Virus record (IMG/VR): IMGVR_UViG_3300028920_000040
Coordinates: 1 to 64,000 of that record
Origin: a virus
DNA length: 64,000 bases
Reading direction: 5' to 3' (one strand)
The notes under the pieces were generated by a model. That model saw only the letters and a list, made by a program, of their open reading frames with translations. It did no database searches and was not told the origin of the DNA. Numbering within the stretch: position 1 is the first letter of the stretch; every line of letters starts with the position of its first letter. The translations under genes were made by a program, and so were the position numbers. Shown here piece after piece: positions 49,610 to 58,211 of this stretch.

Positions 49610-51333
49610 GTACATATTATTCAAATATAGATAATAGTTATAATACTACAAGCGGCGACGGTACTTTAGGCGATCCTTGGAATAAAGATCAACTTGAAGA
49701 TTTTTTTGATAAAGATTTATCTGCTAATCCTGGTGTATCTGTTTCGGATGGTGATATTATAAAATTAAGAGGAGAATGGATTGAACCAACGGGCAATGCT
49801 GTTTTATATACTGATGTTTCTGCTATTGACTTTACTATTGAGGCGTGGGATTTAGAAACATATGGTCCTTGGAAAATAGCAGGAGAAACGCCGTCCGACA
49901 GTGTGCGCATGTATATGTCTACTGATTTCATCTCCCCAGCAGTTAGTGGTACTGTTACAATTAAAGATGGTGTTATTCGAGGCCCAGAAATTGATGTAAT
50001 TACTCCACACATTATTATCGATTATATTATCAAAAATACAATATTTATAAATAATTTTAATATTCAGAAAGATAATACAATTGGAGGACAAGATTATATT
50101 TACGGCTGTACTTTTAGTAATGTCCCAGAAATTAATATGGTTAATTATAATGAGTCGGATAATATTATAAACTTTAACGATTCTGTTTTTTATAATAGTA
50201 TTGTATATAGTGGTGGTGATTATAATACTATGAATTATAATAGTTGTACTTTTTCTGGAACATCCGCAGATATTTTTAATGGTATAGATACTTCTGCAAT
50301 AAATATTTCATCATGTAATTTTGAATGGGTACCATCTACAACTATGCCATCTTTTAATAATATAACAATTGCTAATAAAGAAGCGTTAAGTTGTATGAAA
50401 ATGGGATTAGAATATTCTGTCAATCCAAGAAGAGGAATATGGACAACATTAAAGTCGCTGCCTTTTACATATGGAGATGATTATCCATATGGATTATTTG
50501 GATATAATAGACTTGGTCCCGGCGCATTATATTTTGGTGATGGGATGTATGTTGATTTAAGTGCCTCTGTCTCGGGAACTGGAACATCAGCTTCGCCATT
50601 TAATGGTACGGAAGTTCAAGAATTATATAATGGTACTATAGTATATTCGTGGGCCAATGGAGTTCATCCAAGAGATATTATAATTTTAAGAGGCAGTTTA
50701 GATCAGCCAACTAACATTGATTTTAATAAAGAATATACAAATATTTCGATGGCACCATGGGATTATGATTTATACGGACCGTGGAGAATGAAATCGGACG
50801 CGTCAATTCTTCTTGGTCCGACCGATTTCGGCGACGATACCCGGGGCGATTGTATAATTATAGGGGCTATTTTAAGTGCCGCTAATACTATATCTATAGG
50901 ATATGCTAATATAGCAAATGTATTTTTTAATGCAACAGATGCTACGTATGCTGTATCCATGTGGGGCAATACTCAAGTTCGTGGTATAAGTGGATGTACT
51001 ATTTTTACTAATGGAACTGTAATTAGTTTTAGTCATCATAGCGCAGGAGAAACCAATTGGATTTTTAAGGATACTATAATAGAAGGAGTATTAGATAATA
51101 ATGGGGTTATTTGTAATGTTTCTGCCGATAATATGGTGACAGATTCGGCCGATGCTAATTATTTTTCAGCAGCGGCTACACCTGTTACAACATATGTTGA
51201 AACAGGGGATGTAGAATACGGATGGACTCCTTTTACTGTTCCTGCCTGGGACGATCCAAAAGAATCATATTCATACCAATCACTAACATCCGGCGCGAGC
51301 TCGATATCAATTTCTGGTTCAGGAGAATGGTAA
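49606..51333 (+). CDS. Virion surface protein, paralog of 46644 (two modules)
   Basis: Shares WDL..YGPW, DII.LRG, YGWT and GLFG..R.G.GALYF motifs with ORF 46644. Confidence 0.7.
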   Translation: MSTYYSNIDNSYNTTSGDGTLGDPWNKDQLEDFFDKDLSANPGVSVSDGDIIKLRGEWIEPTGNAVLYTDVSAIDFTIEAWDLETYGPWKIAGETPSDSVRMYMSTDFISPAVSGTVTIKDGVIRGPEIDVITPHIIIDYIIKNTIFINNFNIQKDNTIGGQDYIYGCTFSNVPEINMVNYNESDNIINFNDSVFYNSIVYSGGDYNTMNYNSCTFSGTSADIFNGIDTSAINISSCNFEWVPSTTMPSFNNITIANKEALSCMKMGLEYSVNPRRGIWTTLKSLPFTYGDDYPYGLFGYNRLGPGALYFGDGMYVDLSASVSGTGTSASPFNGTEVQELYNGTIVYSWANGVHPRDIIILRGSLDQPTNIDFNKEYTNISMAPWDYDLYGPWRMKSDASILLGPTDFGDDTRGDCIIIGAILSAANTISIGYANIANVFFNATDATYAVSMWGNTQVRGISGCTIFTNGTVISFSHHSAGETNWIFKDTIIEGVLDNNGVICNVSADNMVTDSADANYFSAAATPVTTYVETGDVEYGWTPFTVPAWDDPKESYSYQSLTSGASSISISGSGEW

Positions 51334-51852
51334 ATGTCTTATTATAGTACTGGATTATGGGGAGAACCTAGAATTGGTGTAGGCGCGTTCTATTTTGATG
51401 CGTCTAGTACTGGTCATATTGGTGCATTCTACTTTGGTGACATAGAGGTTAATTTAAGCGCCGACGTTGCAGAGATAACTGTAACAGGATTAGAACCAAC
51501 GATAACTGCTGTTATTTCAACTCCTGCAACTGTTACTCCTCCTCCTGCATTAATAATAGTCACTGGAAATATTCCTGCACAAATAATTGCAATAAAATAT
51601 CTTGCAGTAGATTTTGTTGGAGTGCCTGTAAGAGGACCATCACCATTAGTCGTAAGATTTACAGCAACTACGACTTTAGATGGAGAGACTGCTTCTCTAT
51701 ATAATATAACTGGATATCGTTGGTATTTTGATTATGATAATTACCCAGCAGTTTATGAAACATCGACAACGAATGTGATTGAACATACATATACTGGAAC
51801 ATACGCACAAAAATTTACAGTAAAATGTTGTGTAGAATTAGAACTTAAGTAG
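51334..51852 (+). CDS. PKD-like domain virion protein
   Basis: VDFVGVPVRGPSPLVVRFT..YRWYFD..HTYT PKD pattern. N-terminal GLWGEPRIGVGAFYF. Confidence 0.65.
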   Translation: MSYYSTGLWGEPRIGVGAFYFDASSTGHIGAFYFGDIEVNLSADVAEITVTGLEPTITAVISTPATVTPPPALIIVTGNIPAQIIAIKYLAVDFVGVPVRGPSPLVVRFTATTTLDGETASLYNITGYRWYFDYDNYPAVYETSTTNVIEHTYTGTYAQKFTVKCCVELELK

Positions 51853-51861
51853 GAGATAATA

Positions 51862-52836
51862 ATGTCTGATCTTTCTGCATGTAAATCAAGAGAAGAATAT
51901 ATTAGTCTTTGCGGACCTGATGTAACCAGGTACGGCGACGATCGTTATATTAATCTTGTAGATTATCTTCCACTATATTTAAAAGGTTCTGATGTTGAAA
52001 CATTTACTCAATTCTTTCAAGATTTTCTTAATGAAATGTTTGATGGTGTTGGTGGATCGAGTATTTCTTCTACTGATCTTGATGTGACTACAACATATGG
52101 TGCCAGCGGAACCATGAGTGGATCATATACTTTTGATAGTAGTGCAATGCCTACAAGTGCTTCAGAAGTACAAGAATATGATATATCAGCATCAACTGTT
52201 GATAAAATATCTATACTTGAAAAAGTAAAGAGATTAACAGAGCTTCATGATCCTGATTTAATTGATATAGAGTATATACAATTTTTTGCAAAGAATTTAG
52301 GATATAATATTAATTTGACAAGAGATCAAATTGGAGTTGGTTCTGATGTAGGAAATTTAGCAACTCTTGATCCGACAGCATGTTCAGCAACAGATCAAAG
52401 TAAATATCTTAGATTTATGGTTAGAAATTTACCTAATTGGTATAAGATTAAGTCGACTAATAATGCAGTAAAGATAATGCTTTATTCGTTTGGGCTTATT
52501 GGAGATATAGTAGAATACTATACAAATCAATATAACACAAATGGAAATTGGGTATTGGATTATGATGGAAGCCTTACTGATATTCCAAATGATTATTTCC
52601 CAACTCCTCACTTTGCCGTAGTTGTTAATGTAGATGAAAGTGCGAATATTTCTTTAGATGCGGCTAGGAGAGAAAAAATTCTTGCCGCTATTGAATCAAT
52701 AAGACCTATTAATACAGTTTTTGAACAGTTGTCTGCATATATGTTAAGGACTATTACATTATATGCTGGATTAGTCACTAGGTTTAATAAGTATATTAAA
52801 ATAACCTCAAATGGTTATTCGGACTATTGGGTATAG
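51862..52836 (+). CDS. Baseplate wedge protein (gp7/P2 gpI-like)
   Basis: LHDPDLIDIEYIQFFAKNLGY, WYKIKST..AVKIMLYSFG, IESIRPINT. Confidence 0.65.
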   Translation: MSDLSACKSREEYISLCGPDVTRYGDDRYINLVDYLPLYLKGSDVETFTQFFQDFLNEMFDGVGGSSISSTDLDVTTTYGASGTMSGSYTFDSSAMPTSASEVQEYDISASTVDKISILEKVKRLTELHDPDLIDIEYIQFFAKNLGYNINLTRDQIGVGSDVGNLATLDPTACSATDQSKYLRFMVRNLPNWYKIKSTNNAVKIMLYSFGLIGDIVEYYTNQYNTNGNWVLDYDGSLTDIPNDYFPTPHFAVVVNVDESANISLDAARREKILAAIESIRPINTVFEQLSAYMLRTITLYAGLVTRFNKYIKITSNGYSDYWV

Positions 52837-52842
52837 TCTTAT

Positions 52843-52850
52843 TATAAATA
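52843..52850 (+). promoter_or_regulatory. T4-type late promoter TATAAATA
   Basis: Exact consensus upstream of ORF 52886. Confidence 0.7.
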
Positions 52851-52885
52851 ATTAAGATAGAACCAAATACAAGGAGATAGATAGA

Positions 52886-55375
52886 ATGCCTAACACTGTT
52901 GTTACCTCAGCCGGACTTGATTATATTACATGTGCTTCCGATGTAGGAACACTCATTGCAATTAAGTACTTTGTTCCTGTTTATGACTACCGATACGATC
53001 CTGAAGTCATAACGAGTGGGGCATACTCCGCCGTGTCTGATGAAGTAGAGGGTCTTAGTGCGCCCGTTGGTGAAATTATTTGGAATACATCTGCGGATGA
53101 TGGATATGCACTTCTACAAAATGCTATTTTATCTGCTGGTGATCCTCCGGTTGGAGATTTGGTTACTAATCATCCTTGGAATAACTGGCCAGGAGAAGGT
53201 GTCAACACATATAATGGCGTGCCTCTATCAGATAGTTATGTTGGCGATTCTATTTCTATGAGTGGTGCTAATAACTTCGTAGTAGAAAATATTCAATCTT
53301 CTGCCGGTAATAATGATCCTTATACTGCTACTAATGATAAGTTTTTCCCAGTTACAGATTATTATCCTGTAACAAGTGGTGGAAATATTCGCGGATCGTG
53401 GAAATGTAGACTTGGTAAAACTATTGGTAAATGTAAATTCAATAAGGTTGCTCTTTATGTTACAGCATTTATAAATGGTGTTCAGACAAGCGATCCTCCT
53501 GTTTTCTTTGCAGAAGCGTCAATAGATTCTCCTATTGTTAAAACCGACTTAGCACAACAGGGATATGATGATGTTGTCATGGATGTGCAGATAGATATAC
53601 AATCTGTTACATCCGCATTTGATAGTGTATTCTTTTCTACTTCAGGAGACTATTGGAGCAGAAGTCCCGACGGTTCTCTTTATTATCCTGAAAAGATTGG
53701 TGTTGGAAGTTTTGAAGGCGGATTAGAAAACCCACAGGCAACAGCACATCTTAGAAGAACAAGAAGTACTTCGGGTATTCCTCAAGTAAGAATAGATGAA
53801 GATTATGATTATTATGCAACAATTGATGTAAGTGATTATGCATTTGCGGCGAATAAACTAACATTTCTTGATATTAATTTAGAGAATGCTAATTCAGGAA
53901 CTTCTGCACTTAAAAATTTAGGAGCAATAAGACCAGATATAGATGCTTATTATTATTTGGGATATGATATTGGTGCTACTACTCCAACTAGAAGATGGCG
54001 CGGCGCATATTTTTCACATACAATAAATGTTGGTGATGGAGATGGTGCTTCAAATAGAGTATTAATTAGTTCGGCGTCTGGTGTTACATTGTATAATGGT
54101 ACTGATAATAATCTTAATTTTGTTGGTGGCGATCTTTATAGAGATGAAACAGAACTTCTTACATATACAAGAAGCAGTAGTACGTCTGGAAAAGATGTAT
54201 GGGCTATTGCTGGAGTAGATGAGACAGGAACATGGTATGATAATATTTCTCATAATGAAATATTAAGTGCGGCTACTGGTACTTCACCAACTGCGGCAAC
54301 ATATAAAGGAAGATTTAATAAGTATGCTTCATTAAATATGTTAGCTCGTAATGGAGCAAATGTTTATGGATATATTAATGTCGATTCTAGAGGAACTCCA
54401 GATGTAGGAACTACGCAGTTTGATCAGGGGCTTGTAATGTCTAATCAAAATGCATTGGTATTAATAGGAGGATTATCAGGAAATATTGGTACGACACTTA
54501 TAGTTGATAAAATTAACAACGGGCTTCCTAATGTATTTGATCCATATTTAAAAACAGATGCTAGACTTGATCTTATATCTAGAACCATTTATACATATGG
54601 AAATATTATTCCTTGGTCAACTTCGGCCCATGATATTGGAAGCCAATCTAGAGTTTATAATAATATTTATGCGAATAGTATTGGTACTGTTTCTAAAAAG
54701 ATTTCTAGTATATATGGAAATATAGTATATGGAGAAAAAATTTCTACTAACACAACATTTACATTAAATCCTTATTATACAGATACAGATGGTTTTTATG
54801 AATTAAGTAGAGGAGTACCGAACGGATATTGGTCTTATTTACCAAATCTTTCATATACTGCAGGTAGTACTATCTTTGGGTCTGAGGCAATAGGACTTCC
54901 GTCAATTGATGGAACAGCAAATCTTACAGTTGGAGAAGATAATCCTTCTATGAGTGATTTGGGACAGGTTTTCAAGAAATTTAAGGTTTATGATTTTAAA
55001 TATACATTTTTAGGAAAAACAATAATATTGTCATTTACTATTTACGTAGAGTTTCAAGAAAATAGTAATCCATTAAACGATATTGGAGGATCATCACTTG
55101 AATCATTTTTTCCATTTAATATAACATTTGATCCAACACATGCTGGTACACTAAATGCAGAAACATATGAAAGTTATGAAAGTCAAGTATGTAGTAATGG
55201 AAACTACAGTATTGAAACTCCTATATTTATTGGAGCATCGACTCCTACTTCAGAAGAAAATAAAATTATTTTTAAAGTATATAGTGAGGCATTAGTAACT
55301 GGTGGTGGATTTGGAGAAACTCCAGATGATCAAGGAAGTTATCTAAAATTTAATCTTATTCGTCAATTAAGATAA
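52886..55375 (+). CDS. Baseplate-attached tail fibre/spike protein
   Basis: N-terminal VVTSAGL and FNKVALY (baseplate-anchor-like), fibre-like beta-rich body. RBS AGGAG. Confidence 0.65.
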   Translation: MPNTVVTSAGLDYITCASDVGTLIAIKYFVPVYDYRYDPEVITSGAYSAVSDEVEGLSAPVGEIIWNTSADDGYALLQNAILSAGDPPVGDLVTNHPWNNWPGEGVNTYNGVPLSDSYVGDSISMSGANNFVVENIQSSAGNNDPYTATNDKFFPVTDYYPVTSGGNIRGSWKCRLGKTIGKCKFNKVALYVTAFINGVQTSDPPVFFAEASIDSPIVKTDLAQQGYDDVVMDVQIDIQSVTSAFDSVFFSTSGDYWSRSPDGSLYYPEKIGVGSFEGGLENPQATAHLRRTRSTSGIPQVRIDEDYDYYATIDVSDYAFAANKLTFLDINLENANSGTSALKNLGAIRPDIDAYYYLGYDIGATTPTRRWRGAYFSHTINVGDGDGASNRVLISSASGVTLYNGTDNNLNFVGGDLYRDETELLTYTRSSSTSGKDVWAIAGVDETGTWYDNISHNEILSAATGTSPTAATYKGRFNKYASLNMLARNGANVYGYINVDSRGTPDVGTTQFDQGLVMSNQNALVLIGGLSGNIGTTLIVDKINNGLPNVFDPYLKTDARLDLISRTIYTYGNIIPWSTSAHDIGSQSRVYNNIYANSIGTVSKKISSIYGNIVYGEKISTNTTFTLNPYYTDTDGFYELSRGVPNGYWSYLPNLSYTAGSTIFGSEAIGLPSIDGTANLTVGEDNPSMSDLGQVFKKFKVYDFKYTFLGKTIILSFTIYVEFQENSNPLNDIGGSSLESFFPFNITFDPTHAGTLNAETYESYESQVCSNGNYSIETPIFIGASTPTSEENKIIFKVYSEALVTGGGFGETPDDQGSYLKFNLIRQLR

Positions 55376-55387
55376 TTGGAGTAATAA

Positions 55388-55918
55388 ATGTCTTTCAACT
55401 TTAACACTTTTCATTCAGATCGTTGGACTGCTACTTTCAGTAACATCCCCGGTCTTAATAATTTAAAGGAAATGCAATACTTTGATAACTTTGTTAAGAG
55501 TGTTGTTATTCCTGATTATAATGCAGTCGAAATATTTTCTGACTGGAATGGATTTAGAGTTAGACATCCTACTCCAAAAAGAAATGAAGACCTTTCTCAA
55601 ATACAATTTGAATTCAAACTTGCAGAGAATTTAAGAAATTATTTTGCATTTTTTAATTGGATGAGAAATATTAAATATGGTAATATGACAACAGACGACG
55701 AATTGTTTAGAAAATTTACAATAAAAACAATTGGTCTAAATATACTTGATAATCAAAAAAGAGAAGTGTCTAGATTAATATTTACACAATGTTTTCTTTT
55801 AACATTAAGTTCATTATCTCTTTCGACTGGTGAAAGTGAAGAAATTAGTTTTACCGCAAACTTTAGTTATGAAGAGGTAAATTACGAAGATAGAGAAGGA
55901 ATCTGTACACAAAGTTAA
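55388..55918 (+). CDS. Tail tube terminator/completion protein (T4 gp3-like)
   Basis: VKSVVIPD..QFEFKLAENLRNY..FNWM..LNILDN..FTANFSY tube-fold pattern. Confidence 0.7.
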   Translation: MSFNFNTFHSDRWTATFSNIPGLNNLKEMQYFDNFVKSVVIPDYNAVEIFSDWNGFRVRHPTPKRNEDLSQIQFEFKLAENLRNYFAFFNWMRNIKYGNMTTDDELFRKFTIKTIGLNILDNQKREVSRLIFTQCFLLTLSSLSLSTGESEEISFTANFSYEEVNYEDREGICTQS

Positions 55919-55959
55919 AATAATAAATAGAGATATAGCTAGCGTTGAGGAGGATTGAA

Positions 55960-56343
55960 ATGGAAGAATTGAAACTACTTGAAATTAAGCCACTTGTAGA
56001 TATAAAGATAATAAAAGAATCTTTAAACAGAATGGGAATCGCTAATAAGAAAAAGAGAGTATTATACCCTTCATGTTATTTGTATGAGAGAGAGAATGAA
56101 TTTTTTCTGGTACACTTTAAGGAGATGTTTCTTTTAACAAGAGAAAATGCTTATAATTCAATATGTGAAGACGATATTTTAAGGAAAAATGCTATTGCTT
56201 TTTGCCTTAAAAATTGGAATTTAATAGAAGTAAATGATGAAGATATTGAACCACACAATAAAATGGTGTTCGTTCTTCCGTTTAGTGAAAAGAAAAATTG
56301 GATCGTAAGCCACAAATTTAACACAAGGACTATAAATAGTTAA
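55960..56343 (+). CDS. regA: RegA-like translational repressor
   Basis: IKESLNRMGIANKK..LYPSCYL..FLVHFKEMF..RKNAIA..L.NWNLI..KKNW..KF. ATG 55960 follows GAGGAGG. Confidence 0.88.
   Translation: MEELKLLEIKPLVDIKIIKESLNRMGIANKKKRVLYPSCYLYERENEFFLVHFKEMFLLTRENAYNSICEDDILRKNAIAFCLKNWNLIEVNDEDIEPHNKMVFVLPFSEKKNWIVSHKFNTRTINS
56331..56338 (+). promoter_or_regulatory. T4-type late promoter TATAAATA
   Basis: Exact consensus at the end of regA, upstream of 56357/56520. Confidence 0.65.
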
Positions 56344-56356
56344 TAAGGAATAGATT

Positions 56357-56500
56357 ATGTTGAACGAGGATATTGAATACGATGAAAAATCTATGTCTAT
56401 GATGGATGAAAACGATCTTGAAGATTTTAGTGATTTCGAAGATTATTTTGGAATTGCTGATAATAGTGAAGAAGAAAATATAGAAGAACTTAATTTCTAA
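56357..56500 (+). CDS. 47-aa highly acidic microprotein (not in ORF track)
   Basis: MLNEDIEYDEKSMSMMDENDLEDFSDFEDYFGIADNSEEENIEELNF*. AAGGA RBS. Fills the intergenic gap exactly. Confidence 0.6.
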   Translation: MLNEDIEYDEKSMSMMDENDLEDFSDFEDYFGIADNSEEENIEELNF

Positions 56501-56519
56501 TAACACAAGGAGAATTGTT

Positions 56520-57911
56520 ATGTCATTTGGATTTCTGGAATACCTAAAAGACTATCAAAACGAGGATGTCGATGGCGTCCAGAAGATTCTTGATGATAAG
56601 TACGAAAAGACTTACGAAATCATCAAGGAAGCCTTCTATGGTGATTTTGTTTCTAAGAACGAAGCTATCGATAAGATCAAGGAAGAATTTGTATCAAAAG
56701 ATGCACCAAAGAAAATTGATAAGGAATTTATCAAGGAAAATATGGATTACATCATTGAGCAAGTGAATGATCTTGACGAAGGCGAGATTCGTATTATTAT
56801 TAATAATGACGTTAATAAGGGTAAGAACGGTCCTGCGGCTCCGGTCATGGCTCCCGCAAATGTTGCCGTTATGCCTGATATGTCCGGTGACATAGAATAC
56901 GAATGTGATGAAAAAGGTAAGAAAGGCCCCGGCAGACCTAAGAAAAAAATTGTTGATGAAAAGAAAGAAGAAGAAGAAGTCGACGAGGCTTGTAGTAAAA
57001 AGAATAAGAAAGACAAGAAAGAAAAGATAGAAGAAGAAGCAGAGGCTCTTGAAGAGGCTAAGAAGAAGAAAAAGAAGAAGAAGAAAGAAGAAGAGCCAGA
57101 GGAAGAAGAAGTAACTGATATCGACGACGCAGATGCTGAGACTGCTGAAGAAGAAACTCCAGAGGAAGAAAATTCCGATGAAGATGCTTCGGAAGAGGAA
57201 GAAGAAAAGGCTGAAGACGAAGAAGAAGAAACCGACGAGGCTCCTGAAGGTTCTGAATCCGATGAAGAAGACAAAGAAGATTTCGATATGAGTATTGACG
57301 ATCTTGATTTGTATATGGACCCAGAAGAACTTGCTGGTGAAGAAAAGGGAGAAAAAGAGGAAGAGGAAGAAGAAGAAAAAGCAGACGAGCCTGAAGAAGA
57401 AGAAACTGAAGGCGAGGACGAGGAAGAAGAAACTGAAGGCGAGGACGAGGAAGAAGAAACTGAAGGCGAGGAAGAAGATACTGAGGACGAGGAAGAAGAC
57501 GAAGACGGCAAAAAGAAAAAGAAAAAGAAGAAAAAGAAGAAAGCCGATGCCGATGATGAAGAGGCTGAAGACGACGATGCAATAGAAGACTTCGAAGAGT
57601 CTGACGAAGTCAAGTTTGAAAAGTATCTTGAAAAAAAAAAGTTAACGGAGTCTGAAATTAAAGTTCAGGATATTTTTGCAGACAATGATGATATAAAAGA
57701 TTATCTCATGGATATAACTGAAGGCGATTATGATAGTATTGAATGGGGAGATTCTGAAATCGAATATGATGGAGAAGTCTTAGCCAGAAAATTAACTAAA
57801 GAAGAAGTTAAAGAAATATTATCTAAAGACGATGATCTTTCTGCGAAAGTATCATCTGCAATAGAAAATGCAGACGATCCAGATAATCCAGAACCTTGGT
57901 ATGTCAAATAA
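56520..57911 (+). CDS. Very acidic, largely disordered protein with poly-Lys tracts and AT-hook-like GRPKK (possible internal head protein)
   Basis: Long Glu/Asp runs, two K9-K11 tracts, GPGRPKKK. RBS AGGAG. Confidence 0.75.
   Translation: MSFGFLEYLKDYQNEDVDGVQKILDDKYEKTYEIIKEAFYGDFVSKNEAIDKIKEEFVSKDAPKKIDKEFIKENMDYIIEQVNDLDEGEIRIIINNDVNKGKNGPAAPVMAPANVAVMPDMSGDIEYECDEKGKKGPGRPKKKIVDEKKEEEEVDEACSKKNKKDKKEKIEEEAEALEEAKKKKKKKKKEEEPEEEEVTDIDDADAETAEEETPEEENSDEDASEEEEEKAEDEEEETDEAPEGSESDEEDKEDFDMSIDDLDLYMDPEELAGEEKGEKEEEEEEEKADEPEEEETEGEDEEEETEGEDEEEETEGEEEDTEDEEEDEDGKKKKKKKKKKKADADDEEAEDDDAIEDFEESDEVKFEKYLEKKKLTESEIKVQDIFADNDDIKDYLMDITEGDYDSIEWGDSEIEYDGEVLARKLTKEEVKEILSKDDDLSAKVSSAIENADDPDNPEPWYVK
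57396..57470 (+). repeat. 27-nt tandem coding repeat (EEETEGEDE) x about 3
   Basis: gaagaagaaactgaaggcgaggacgag is repeated. Confidence 0.8.
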
Positions 57912-57923
57912 AAGGAGAAATAA

Positions 57924-58202
57924 ATGATAGAAAAAGAAATGGATAAAAAACAACTTCAAGAAGCTAATCGTTTTCTTAGCATGGATGAAGTCTATCAGAT
58001 GGACGATGAAGGTGAAATTGCCGTTGAGACTGCAAAAGAAACCATTTCAAGATTTCTTGCCAACTCCATAGTGAATGGTGCTCTTGAGAAGCAGATTAAG
58101 AAAGACGATCCTAGTCTTGATAGAGATCAGGTTGATTTCGTTATGACGGAGATTAGAAGTATTACGAAGAAGATCGATAAGCTTTTTATGAAGATTGATT
58201 AA
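57924..58202 (+). CDS. Small acidic hypothetical protein
   Basis: RBS AAGGAG. Contains the EANRFL motif also seen in ORF 20618. Confidence 0.65.
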   Translation: MIEKEMDKKQLQEANRFLSMDEVYQMDDEGEIAVETAKETISRFLANSIVNGALEKQIKKDDPSLDRDQVDFVMTEIRSITKKIDKLFMKID

Positions 58203-58211
58203 GGAGATAGT

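Noticed and set aside
56747-57613. Minus-strand 288-aa Ser/Phe-rich and 174-aa ORFs
   Set aside because: Mirror images of GAA/AAG-rich codons of the acidic + strand gene.
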